Source: Octopus sinensis
Lineage: Eukaryota
DNA length: 64,000 nt
Assembly (NCBI RefSeq): GCF_006345805.1
Contig: NC_043000.1
Span: 100,254,001 to 100,318,000 of the forward strand
Direction of reading: 5' to 3'
Shown: positions 39,459-51,275 of the stretch, in pieces
Layout of the letters: each line of letters starts with the position of its first letter
How positions within the stretch are numbered: the first letter of the stretch is position 1
Position numbers and translations under genes: made by a program
Notes under the pieces: model-generated
Databases searched by the model: none
What the model was told of the DNA's origin: nothing
What the model saw: the letters and a program-made list of their open reading frames with translations, nothing else

Positions 39459-41488
39459 GCCCTCAGACCCCTTTTATTCACCACAGTCCTCCAGGTAATA
39501 ACAAAGGAATTCAAGACGGGTTGCCCCTGGGAGCTCCTCTATGCTGATGACCTGGCCCTCATAACAGAATCACTACCGGAACTAGAAAAGAAATTTCGGG
39601 TGTGGAAGCCAGGTTTAGAATCAAAAGGCCTTAGAGTCAAGACCAAAGTTATAGTAAGTAGGAAGGCAAACTCATCACACACCCCCTCAGGTAGGTGGCC
39701 CTGCTCGATCTGTAGAAAAGGTGTAGGTAGAAACTCCATAAGATGTACCCAATGTAAGCTATGAATGCATAAGAGGTGCAGCAACATCAAAGGAAAATTA
39801 ACTGAGAAGATAGCTTTCATGTGCGGCAGATGCACAGGGGATTTAGACACCACAGATACTCAGAAAACAGATTCCATCACACTCCAGAGTGAGAAACTAG
39901 AAGTAGTTGATAGTTTCCGCTACCTAGGTGACCAAGTTAGTGGGGGTGGTGGGTGCTCAGAGAGTGTCACCACTAGAATACGAATAGCCTGGGCAAAGTT
40001 TAAAAAGTTTCTACCCCTACTGGTGACAAAGGGTCGCTCACTCAGAGTGAAAGACTGTATGACACGTGTGCGAACTGCCATGCTTCACGGTAGTGAAACA
40101 TGGTCTGTGACTGCAGAGGACATGCGTGGGCTTGAAAGAAATGAAGGTAGCATGATCCGCTGGATGTTTAATGTCAGTGTGCACACACAACAGAGTGTAA
40201 GCGCCCTGAGAGAAATGCTGGACATAAGAAGCATCAGATGTGGTGTGCAAGAGAGATGTTTGCACTGGTATGGTCATGTACTACGGATAGATGAGGAGAG
40301 ATGTGTGAAGAAGTGCCACTCTCAAACAGTTGAAGGAATCTGGGGTAGAGGTAGATCCAGGAAGACATGGGATGAGGTGGTCAAGTATAACCTTTGAACG
40401 TTGGGCCTCACAGAGGCAATGACAAAAGACCAAAAATCTCTGGAGATATGCTGTATCTGCGAAGACCCAACAAATAACGTGAGTTCATGGCTGTTTCCTG
40501 CACTAGCTTCACATAACAGCCCCAGCCCATCCAAAGTACTTTGGATCGCAGAACAGCCTGCTGTGCTTACTTTGGATTGAAGGGTAACCTGCTGTGCTTG
40601 AGATCTATTGAGTCAAGTACATCAACATCAAATAAAAATCAAATGGAAATATGGCACGTTAAAAGCACCATCCAAACGTGGCCGATGCCAGCGCCGCCTT
40701 GACTGGCTTCCGTGCTGGTGGTACGTGAAATGTACCCACTACACTCACAGAGTGGTTGGCGTTAGGAAGGGCATCCAACTGTAGAAACACTGCTAGATCA
40801 GACTGGAGCCTGGTGCAGCCTCCTGGCTTCCCAGTCATGGTCGAACAGTCTAACCCATGCTAGCATGGAAAACAGATGTTAAAATACATAAGTATTAAAA
40901 TATTATTAATATACTAACTTTTTGTTTTTGTATATACCTGTTGTGTGCATTACACTTACTTCAAAGAAGTGGAAAAGCAAGAGAGAGGAAGAGAGTGAGT
41001 AAGAAAGGGAGAGTTAGAGAGAGAGAGAAAGAATGTGAAAGAGACAGTGAGTAGTGACAGAGTTTGTTGTGTTTTTAAAATGTTTCAGAAAGGACATAAG
41101 AGAGAAAGAGAGAGTGGAAGAGACTGAGTGGTGACGGCATTTATTTTGTGTTTTTAAATGTTTATCACATCACAAGAGAAGTAGATACATAGATACAAAT
41201 ACACATTGTTAAATCAAAAGCAAGAGAGAAGAAGGACACAAAGGAAGGGAAAGAGAGAAAGTGAGAGACAGTAGATACATAAATCCAAAGAAAAGTTCAT
41301 ACATAGATACATAGACAGTAAATACTGGTTGTCAATTTCACTTTGCATTACCACACAAGGATAAAATTAACTCACAAACGGCTGAATACTCCACAGAGAT
41401 GCATAATATTAATGTAGTTCTCAGGGAAATTCAGCCTCACAGAATATGACAAAGCAGGCTGCTTTGAATTACAGCAACAACTTGAGAC

Positions 41489-41551
<63 letters not shown>

Positions 41552-42055
41552 GTATTTGTTTATGTGTGTAGTTTAGATTAGTTAAACATGTTTGCAATAA
41601 GTGTCACGCGGTGGAAATAAGCGCAATTCCCAAACTTACATTCATAAATCCATTTAATATTTCAGTTTGTACATTAAGGTTCTTTTTGAATAAATACAAT
41701 GTACTTTAAGGTTAAATAGTAATTCCAGTTTACGTTTTTGAAACAGATATTTTTGGTTGGATTATATAGTCATTGGTGTTATATTACTTTCTATATTCTG
41801 TAACTGTCACAATATACTTTTCTAGGAATGAAATTTGGCGGGTGTGGCCAGTTGACTAGATTGACCCCAGTACACAACTGATAATTTATCGACCCCGAAA
41901 GGACAATTATAATATACAAACATTTCTCATGGCACCAGTACAGTCTACAGATGCTTACATTTTTTTATGCTTTCCATGAATTTTTACGAGACCAGCTAAG
42001 CATATTAATAGGGGTCTGTGGGAAAACACTTAAATAAAATGGATGGGAACCACTG
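39360..42055. mobile_element. hAT-type MITE split by nested insertions
   Basis: Left end cagtggttcccaacc, right end atgggaaccactg; flanks taataagc / agataagc (6 of 8 identical, putative 8-bp TSD). Confidence 0.6.
39459..40885 (+). mobile_element. 5'-truncated RTE LINE: RT C-terminal half with an embedded C4HC3 finger, plus 3'UTR
   Basis: GCPWELLYADDL, FRYLGD, MLHGSETW, WYGHVLR, GRGRSRKTW; 3' end shared with the RTE-tail SINEs. Confidence 0.93.
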
Positions 42056-42307
42056 AGATAAGCCACGTCTCATGCTGCCTGCTTTGAGAAAAAGTTTGCC
42101 CATACATAAGATGAGATTCAGAATATTTTGTGTTAAAAGTTAAATGAAGCTGTGATAGGATACAATGCCAGGAAGATTGAAATGGACACAAAACTCAGAA
42201 ACAATCAAGTCAACAGTTTTTCGATTTATTTCACCAAAATAAAGCAAAATTGCCATTGTAAAATCAAACATATAAACAAAAACTATTTTCGCAATTATAT
42301 AGGCACT

Positions 42308-42573
42308 CTTTCGATATAACTCGACAAAATCAAAACATTTCACTTCCGGTATTTACGTGGGTTGTGGAGTATAGATATAACGAAATTATGCCAGCAATGT
42401 CTCATTTTAAACTTGAAGGGGAAAAAAAAGTCTTGCATATTTGTTCTTACCTGTTTCATGTGTGTATGTAAAATCCGCAAATTTCCAAGCAGAAAACAGA
42501 ATCGAACTGTCATTTGCTTCCACGGAAATACCCGAAGTGAAACCTTTTGATTTTGCCGAGTTATATCGAAAGA
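42308..42573. mobile_element. Inverted-repeat element (MITE-like), about 55-bp arms
   Basis: tctttcgatataactcgacaaaatcaaaacatttcacttccggtatttacgtgg versus ccacggaaatacccgaagtgaaaccttttgattttgccgagttatatcgaaaga. Confidence 0.7.
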
Positions 42574-42610
42574 ATACCATTATATATATATACACAAACA
42601 CACACACAGA

Positions 42611-43507
42611 GGATCTTTTCGCTTTGACTGGCAGATTTTAAAAATAATTTCTTTGTAACTAAACATTTTAAAACTTCTTTTACTGGTAGAATGTGTTTAT
42701 AAAACATCATTTTCTCTTGTCTTTCTTGAGAAAATTCTGTAGTTTGTAAGATAGTTGTAAGATAATTTCTTGCATTTCATCAATTTCAACCAATCAATGA
42801 CGTCTATTGGGGTGAAAACGATTTCTGCCATGATGTGTCAACAACAATTATTTCTGTGTCATATGAAATTGTTCCTGTTATTTATGAGAAAAAAGATACC
42901 CTGTGGCCATAAGCTGAGGGGTCACTTGTAAACAGAGCTGGATAACAAAACCATTCCCTCTTTAGTGTCCACCCATAATTATGACCTTAGTATCGATCTA
43001 TTGCATTTCCATCTGTTTTAGGGTTAGGGGTTGGGTTAGGGTTAAGGTTTAGGTTAGGGGTGGGGGAAGGATATCTTTTTTCTTCAGAAATGTAAATAAA
43101 CCCAATCTGTTTCTTAAACGAATATATAATACGTAATATGTGTATCTGTGCAACAGAGTGGAAAATTAAAACTGCATATGTTGTGAACTTAGAATATGTG
43201 TTTATTAATAAAAGTTTAATAACGAAAATCTTTTATTCATACGAACGTAACTGATATGAAATATGTCATAAATAACAGCGATTTCATGACACCGGAAATA
43301 ATTGTTGTTGACACATTACGGCAGAAATCGTTTTCACCCCCAATAGACGTCATTGATTGGTTGAAATTGCTGAAATGCAAGAAATTAAAGACCAAATATC
43401 TTACAAACTACAGAATTTTCTCAAGAAAGCCAAGAGAAAACGAGGTTTAAAATTTTTTAGTTACAAAGAAATATTTTTAAAATCTGCCGGTCAAAGAGAA
43501 AAGATCC
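42611..43507. mobile_element. MITE with long (~270 bp) TIRs and a TTAGGG-like core, inserted in (CA)n
   Basis: ggatcttttc...tttatga mirrored by tcataaataac...gaaaagatcc; core gggttaggggttgggttagggttaagg at 43021-43066. Confidence 0.85.
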
Positions 43508-43539
43508 CACACACACATATATTTATTACCCGATTAGGG

Positions 43540-43728
43540 TAAACGTGATTTCCAATCCAGAAGTCGTGAGCTTCCGGAGATAGCCGAACTAGGTCGTGTA
43601 TCCACTTACGTTTACCAATGATGCAAAGTAGGCTAGTTTCGTATTAAATGACACTGCGAACATGATTCGTACTAATGAACAATTTTCCCTTATTTGAATC
43701 CTTTGATGTACAATTTGCAATAAACATG

Positions 43729-43764
<36 letters not shown>

Positions 43765-44430
43765 CACACACACACGGGTTCAGGGAATATAAAAGCATAA
43801 CAAACATGAACATGAAAAGAATGAAGAAAAAGAACGAGATAGAACGGTCACAATTGGTGAGAGAGAGAGTGAGAGATAGACGGCGCTGAATGTGTCACTT
43901 ACTTCCTGTTGGAACGGATTGCTAACGATAACGTTCTCCATGCAGATGATTAAACGGTCGACAGATAATTTGTTACTTTAACTTCATCGGTAAATATATT
44001 TGTTCAGTTTGATTTTACAATCTGTTTTCTTAAAAAATAAGTTATCGTATGCAAAACATAAATGCAAAAAATGTCCGACCGGAAGAAGATTTAAGGCGCA
44101 TGTGCGATATCAAAACGAGGTTATTTCCCGATTTCGTTGATAACACGATTATTATAATGAATAATTGCTATGTTTTCTGAGCGAGGCTCAACAGAGGAAA
44201 AGCGAATAGAAATGCTGACCTAATTTTCATTCAACCAACAGTTTATTGCCTGATCGACCAGTTTACATGTCATATTGCCTCGTTTCTAAATTGCGTTCGG
44301 TTGAAATCGCTACTTTCCGTAAGTTCAACCGTATGTTTACGCTCTTCGCTGTTTTATTCGTGAAGACCGCGCCACCACGGCTCTGAACGCTTAACCAAAC
44401 AGGCTACTGACGAATAAATCACCATGACGA
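43540..44430 (-). promoter_or_regulatory. Promoter/first-exon cassette 1 (proximal)
   Basis: ETS-like ACCGGAAG at 44078-44085, NRF1-like GCGCATGTGCG at 44096-44106, donor CAGGAA|GTAAGT at 43903/43902, CpG-retaining; homologous to cassettes 2 and 3. Confidence 0.7.
43903..43941 (-). CDS. Possible coding part of first exon, MENVIVSNPFQQE (phase 0)
   Basis: ATG at 43941-43939 in frame to the conserved donor; ATG absent from cassettes 2 and 3. Confidence 0.35.
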
Positions 44431-45419
44431 CCACAGCAAAGGGACATCACTCAAAATGTCCATGTATTTCTTGAAAACAAGATCAACAATAACGGAATAA
44501 TAGAAGTTCATGCTATATTATTCCGGCGATTCAATATAGACTAATCTTATACTTGGAAGAGCTCGCAATGGTCTAAATTTCTGACGTCATTGAATGCACC
44601 TTCCTTATGTTTGGCAAAATGTTTCCTGTGACAAAAGATTATGCTCCCTAAGTGAATAAGAAGTGTAATTATCAATCACTACATCATTATTTGGCATCTA
44701 AACTTTCGTACATAATCTTTTTCTCCCTGTTTGCAAAAACGTATATGCACACATTTGAATGTTCAGTTTTTGGCGGGTATTACACTTTAAGAGGTAACCT
44801 CCTTTAAGAGGCAAAAATCAAAATAAGCAAACCTAATCGTTTGACTTGCCAAATGCATCTACCAAATTTCTCTCAAATCACACAAAAACCACCCCCAAAA
44901 AAACAGACAACAAAAATAAACAATTGGGCATACTGGATGCAGTCACTGATACACTATACAATCATGAAGAATAATACAAAATGGTCCTGGCTGGGAAACC
45001 TCTGTTTATAGATCTGCTGATGAAGACATAAAACTCTGCTTGATGTGGGACAAGAACATTGGGGGTCACAAGGATTGGTTATATTGTAGTTTCTTAGAAC
45101 TATATGGTCTTAATATCTATATGGTTTATGATTCCCTGATGATAACTGCCATGACAAGACAACTGGAGGGGTGATTGTAAACCAAATAACAACACAGCTG
45201 GAACTTATTTTACAAATCTTACATAGAGGAATTAGTGCTAAATAAACGGAAAGACAATAGTTGGCTTTCAAACTTTTGCATTTAAATCAGTGGTAATCTA
45301 AATTAAAATTATGAAGTTTGTAATCTGTGATGGGAAGAGGAAATCAATGTTTCAAGATTGGGTCTTAATCAGAGAGAGAGAGAGAGAGAAACATTCTTGA
45401 AATAGCATTTATGTTATAC

Positions 45420-45655
45420 ATAAAAAGCACCAACCGATCGTGGCCGATGCCAGCCTGCTCTGGCCCCTGTGCCGGTGGCACGTAAAAAACACCCACTACA
45501 CTCACGGAGTGGTTGGCGTTAGGAAGGACATTCAGCTGTAGAAACATTGCCAAATCAGACTAGAGCCTGGTGCAGCCTCCATGGCTTCCAGACCCCGGTC
45601 AAACCGTCCAACCCATGCTAGCATGGAAAACGGACGTTAAATGATGATGAAGATG
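45420..45655 (+). mobile_element. RTE-tail SINE
   Basis: gcacgtaaaaaacacccactacactc...ggaaaacggacgttaaatgatgatg. Confidence 0.8.
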
Positions 45656-47659
45656 AGCATGTAGTATATTAATATCATCATTATCATTGTATTAATGTCT
45701 ATTTTTCCATGCATGCAAAAGTCAGATGAAACTATGCTGGGAGAGAGTTTTCTACAGCTGAATACACTTCCTGATGCTAACCATCACTAATTTCCAAGCA
45801 CATTGATAATCCCTCAGTTTGCTGAACATCAAACAGTCTAGACACGGTTATGCAGACAGAAGGAAACAAACAACACTACTTGAATGAGACTTTTGTTTAT
45901 AAATAGAGAATGCACAAGACCTGGGAAAATACAAACTCATCCCTACAAACACAGAGACACAAAAAAATAAACACACACAATATACTTGTTTTCATCTACC
46001 AGTTTCACTCACAAAGTACTGTTAAACTTGTGTCTATAGTACAGGATATCAGTAGACAGTGTCCATGCAGTGGGGCTGAACTCTTAACGTGGTTCTGAAG
46101 TGAACATCTTGACCACACAGCATATCTGTGCCTAAATGTAGTAAATCTCTGGTAAGGACAAGGGTATAGTTGTATTGGCATGTAACTATAGGTCAAAGAA
46201 TACAAGTGACAAAGTTCAAGAAGTTCACATTCTGTGCAGGAGAGAGTGATGACTTAAGCAAAAGAACATAATTGCATTAATATGTAGGTGAATGTCAATG
46301 AGCAGTATTAAAGTTCAGTTAAGATTGTGTGGGGGTCACTAGGAAGTCAAGTAAGGTGTTCATAGTGGCACAGAAGTAGGAATTAAATGGAGAAGTATTA
46401 TCTTCTGAAGTATTTGCATGACAGCCACACACTGTTTAATGAAAACATTTTAGCAATATCTAAGCTTGAAATCAATAGCTGTCCTTGTTTAGTTGAGATG
46501 ATATGATTGTAGATTTTTTCTGAGATGCAGGTCAGACTATAGATATTACTGAACATGTTTGTTAGGGTAAATGATTAGGATTTGGGATCAGAAATTATGT
46601 TGGAAAGGGATAACAATTTTTATTTGTCACACTCATCAGCAATATGTTGCAGATGTTTATCAGAATGCTGTTCAAGTGACAGTTCTTCAAATGCTTCAGC
46701 TGAGGCCCAGAGCATTTTCAGTTCAGTCATAATGAACATATGAATGTCAATGCCAGTAATCTGAAGTGGCATATCTGCATCCTCATCAACCACATCTAGA
46801 AGGTACCCCAGCATGTTCTTCAAATGCAAAATAACATCCATATCTTTTCTTCAGAAACTTTGCTGCTATTTGGCTCTTTAGAGAATAAAAGAAATAAAGA
46901 ATAACAGGCGACATGCTGTCATGAAGTTTACGAACTCTGAAGCAATTAAGATCTTGAAAACATATGGAATCCTGCCAAGCATTCTTTGAACCAGCGAGGC
47001 CATGAGCACCAACAGCTTAGCACAAGTGATCTCTGTGCACTATGAAATCATGGTGTTTGAGCTGTGACACATTGGTACTCATTGTTTTCATCACAGATCT
47101 GCAATGTACTCTCCTGCAACAGTTGGTGACTCTGAGGTGCCATATTATACAAATGGTATGGCATCATGTATAAATCTACTGCCATCACTAGGTACATAGC
47201 CAAAATAGTGCAGTGAATACAAGAGGGTAAATGATAAGCATACAAGTGAAAAAAATTAGAGTGTATCAAAAGAAGTGTACATCACACCAAAACATAAAAG
47301 ATATACAGTGGGCAAGAGAACCAAATATACCTATAGGTATATCCTATTGCCAACCTCCAGCATTACCACCATGTTAACAATAGTTTAACTATGCTTGCAC
47401 AAGTGAGTTGATCTTCAGCACTGCACTTCATGTTACGAATAATTGCAGTCCTATCTCATCTCTGAACCATGTGGGCCAAAATAACTGGTAGGTGGATGCA
47501 CTACCGCAACGCGAATGGCGACACCTGCCTCGTGACTCCCGCACCAACCTGTGCGACGGCGCACAGGCACGAAACCAGACAGGCAAAGACAGGGCAGCCA
47601 ATGATGCATGCAGAGCTTCGCGACCCGATTGCACATGCACCGGCAAATAGGGCTGAGAG

Positions 47660-48040
47660 TGCAAACAGCACTAGGCATGTCTTTTTGCAATCAACATCCT
47701 TCATATGTATGTACCAACAGGTATTCTCTCTTGCAAACTGTAAATGATTCCACTTGTAACTAGCTTTTCTCTCACCTTATTTGCATTGCAATTTTCTTGT
47801 ACACTAATATTACAAATGCAGCAGATCATGCTTGTTTCATTTCTGTTCATCTTGTTCCAAACCTCACAACAATGTAGCATCATACTATGTACACAAGCAG
47901 CATGCAATCTACTCTTTACTGAGAAACTTAATGTCACCGGAAGAGGCATGACTATGATTTTTTCCACACTTTCACTTGCTACAATGCTTTTGAAACACAC
48001 ACCTTCACTGCTAAATAGGTCACCTGGGAAACATGTCATC
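47660..48040 (-). mobile_element. Degenerate RTE ORF fragment
   Basis: SESV...LSFSVKSRLHAACVHSMMLHCCEVW...MICCICNISVQE parallels ORF 39765-40397. Confidence 0.75.
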
Positions 48041-48863
48041 ACTATTTGGGAGAATATATTTCAAAAGTAATGTTATTACCAAAAACTTTTATGCGACATA
48101 TGAAATCTATATTAGTTTGTCCATTGATCTCATTTAACACTGATAACACTGAAACACATAATTTCAATAATCATTTTCTACATGTTGAGCAAAATCTTTC
48201 TTTCTAACAAAAATTTCTGTCTCTCCTATGTTTAATTTAAGGTCCCTCAATGCTTGGCTATAGACCAATGTTGGATTTTTAAAAAGACCTATTACTGATT
48301 CAGCGTTAAGAACTAGGTTACCACCATACATTATGGCACATTTATCCACATAAATATAAATACTAACACAGAAGTGAACAAACTAAAGAAGTAAACACTA
48401 AATCTATTTGGCTGGAGTTACATATATTTAATAAGTTTGATGCAGCACATTACTTAAAGTTTCATGTATATAGGACATGCTCACCTCATCACAGAATGTT
48501 CACCTGGTGACAATGTTGACATGACCTAAGCCCACAAAACTTTAAAGAGGAGCTGAGTCAAGCTGTTATTATAAATACGTATAGGTGCATACATACATGT
48601 ATGAGTGTGTGTGTGTAAATTTATATTCATATATTTGTATCATACAATTTAAACCTCAAATTGCTTGACAATCAGTATTAAGAACTAACTCCATGCAAAT
48701 TTCTATTTATGTATGGTGGTTTGATCTCTTATTGTTGAGTCTAGATTTGAGTGTTTCACAGAATATATTTAGAAAAGAAAACATAACATGAGAGGTTGCA
48801 TAATTACACCATCTTAAGTATGCTTCCTTAGAATAAAGTGATTATTAGTTATTTTCCTATATA

Positions 48864-50122
48864 CAGGATGTTCAATTTAAAAGTTGACTAAATTGTATAT
48901 ACTAATAGTTATAAAGAATGTACAATATTATAGACAAACCTACATTTATCAAAATTCTCATTTAAAAGTTACGTCAAACTGGTTACAGAAGGTGTTGAGA
49001 TTGTTGGCTGCCATGTTGCAGATATATGTCATGACATTTGTTTTGGAACACATTAATCAAAACTTCACGTAGAATATTTTGGACAATATCAGTAATATCG
49101 GTACACAGTTCATCAAGTGTATGCAGATTCTTTGCAAATACAGTGTCCTTGATATAGCCAAATAAAAAGAAATTGAGAGGCGTTAAGTCTGGCAATCTGG
49201 GTGGCCAGAGGCCTTTCATGATCAACCTGTGTTCAAAAGTTTGTCAATAGTGAAACAAAGTGTGGTTGCTAATATGACATGTTGCTGAGCCCTGTTGAAG
49301 CCATGTGATACTTCTTTTATTCTCAGTTAGCTGCTCAACACACTGATCAATTATCTCACAATAACGTTCTGAATTCAAGGTCTTTTGGGGAAAACATTTA
49401 GTCCTACTATTCTTTGCCTGCTGGTAGCCATCCATACACCAATCTTCACTGCATGTAAGGGTGATTCAACAAACTCATGGGGATCGAGAGCAGTCCAGAT
49501 GCAAGTGTTTTGCAAATTTAGATATCCCAATAGGTGAAGCCAAGCCTCGTCACTGAAGGTCTTGTCAAGTTGGTTGTCATCCATGTTTTCTTGAGACCAT
49601 TTGTAGTAATCCTATCTTTTGGTAAAATCAGGAGGAATAAGTTCATGTAAAGAAGACATGCGGTATGGGTACAATTTCAGCGATTTGCGAAGAGCAGTAT
49701 GGCAGCTGCCAACAGATAATCCAGTTTTGTGAGACATCGCACAGATTTCCTGGGACTGCGAAGAATTCATTGATGGATATATCCCACAACATCATCAGAA
49801 AGGCAGATACGTTGGTGAACGTGTTTCTCATTTCCAACTGAGCCCGTCTTCTTAAACATTTTAATTGGAACATTAATTACCTGCTTAAAATCAGTAACGC
49901 AATTGTCAAAGGAGTAAATCTATCGCCTACTGATAAAAAGTCCTGATCTGAAATAAGATTCCATAATAAATTAACATTGCTGCACTGATAACACCATTAC
50001 GACTCCAGAAGAAATCTTGAATGAATGTGTTACACTTGTAAAAAGGCTAAAATCAATTTGGCATGGCAAGCCAATATTTTGACAGTTAATCAATCGAGTC
50101 AACTTTTTAACTGAACATCCTG
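48864..50122 (-). mobile_element. Full-length defective Tc1/mariner-superfamily element
   Basis: TIRs caggatgttcaatttaaaagttgact / agtcaactttttaactgaacatcctg with TA flanks; motifs FSDEAWLHL, KIGVW, WPPRLPDLTPLNFFLFGYIKD. Confidence 0.92.
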
Positions 50123-50804
50123 TAGTACTCAATACAAAATACAATTGAAGAGTTTCATATTTCATTTAAATGTTTGCACCACAATCAGTTTAATGTAATA
50201 CACATAGTGGCACTGGTATACTCACAGATATCCATCATCATCGTCAGAAGTCTGTTTTCCATGGGCTAGACAGTTTGACAAGAACTGCTAAATCAGAAGA
50301 CTACACCAAGTTCTGCTGTTTGCTTTGGCATAGTTTTTACAGCTGAATGCCTGTCCTAATTTCAGAGTATACTGGATGCTTTTTACATGGAACCAGCAGC
50401 AGTGAGGTCACTAAGAAACTTGCAAGACAAGAACCCCTCAACTGAGATAGCATTGAGGGACAGAAAAACAGTGTCTTGCAGCAGAAGAGAAACATGGCTA
50501 ACTCATGAGAGGAGAGAGAGAGAGAGAGAGAAGATAGTAAAAATGTGATGGGGAGAGTGGCACACCCAAGTTGCGGGTAATTGTACATAATGCAATGGAT
50601 CAGGAATCGGGGAAGAGTAAGTTCACAAGATTGTGAAAAGAGAGAGGGAATGTAGTGAGTAGCAGGTAAAGGGAGGGTGTGTGTTTATAATAATTATACA
50701 TAGATTATACATATGCATTTATGTACATATACAAGCACATAATCATGTAAACATAAATACATCATCTGCATCTCTGCCAAAATGTTAGCTTTAAGACAGT
50801 GAGA

Positions 50805-51275
50805 TCATCATTTAGTGTCCATTTTCCATGCCAGCATGGGTTAAGTGGCTTGACTGGAACTGGTAAGCCAGAGAGCTGTACCAGGTTCCAGTCTGATTTC
50901 GGCTTTGTTTCTATGCTGGATACCCTTCCTAATGCCAGCCAATCTAAGAATGTAGTGGGTCTCTTTTACAGGTCATCAACACTAGCTACAACTACGGTTT
51001 CACTTGGCTTGATGAGTCTTCTGAAGCTCAGCAAATTACCAAAGGTCTTGATCACTTGTCATTACCTCCATGAGACCTAACATTTGAAAATCACGCTTCA
51101 CCGCCTCATCCCATGTCTTCCTAGGTTCCCACCACTGTTAGAGATCAGCACTCCTTCACACAACTGTCCTTGTCCTTGTTCATACACATCACATGACTAT
51201 ACCAGCATGGTTATATCTTTTGCACAACAGATCTGATGCTTCTTATCCCCAAATTTTCTCTCAAGACGTTTACAT
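50805..51275 (-). mobile_element. RTE LINE 3' end (ORF end plus 3'UTR tail)
   Basis: Reverse strand reads ...PRKTWDEAVKRDF... continuing into the family tail and ending near catcatttag. Confidence 0.75.

Noticed and set aside
43021-43066. Interstitial telomere / chromosome fusion site
   Set aside because: Short, degenerate and central within a long-TIR MITE.
43850-43910. Cassettes as spliced-leader (SL) RNA genes
   Set aside because: No Sm-binding site after the donor, the exon appears longer than 100 nt, copies are strongly diverged, and the promoter motifs are Pol II mRNA-type.
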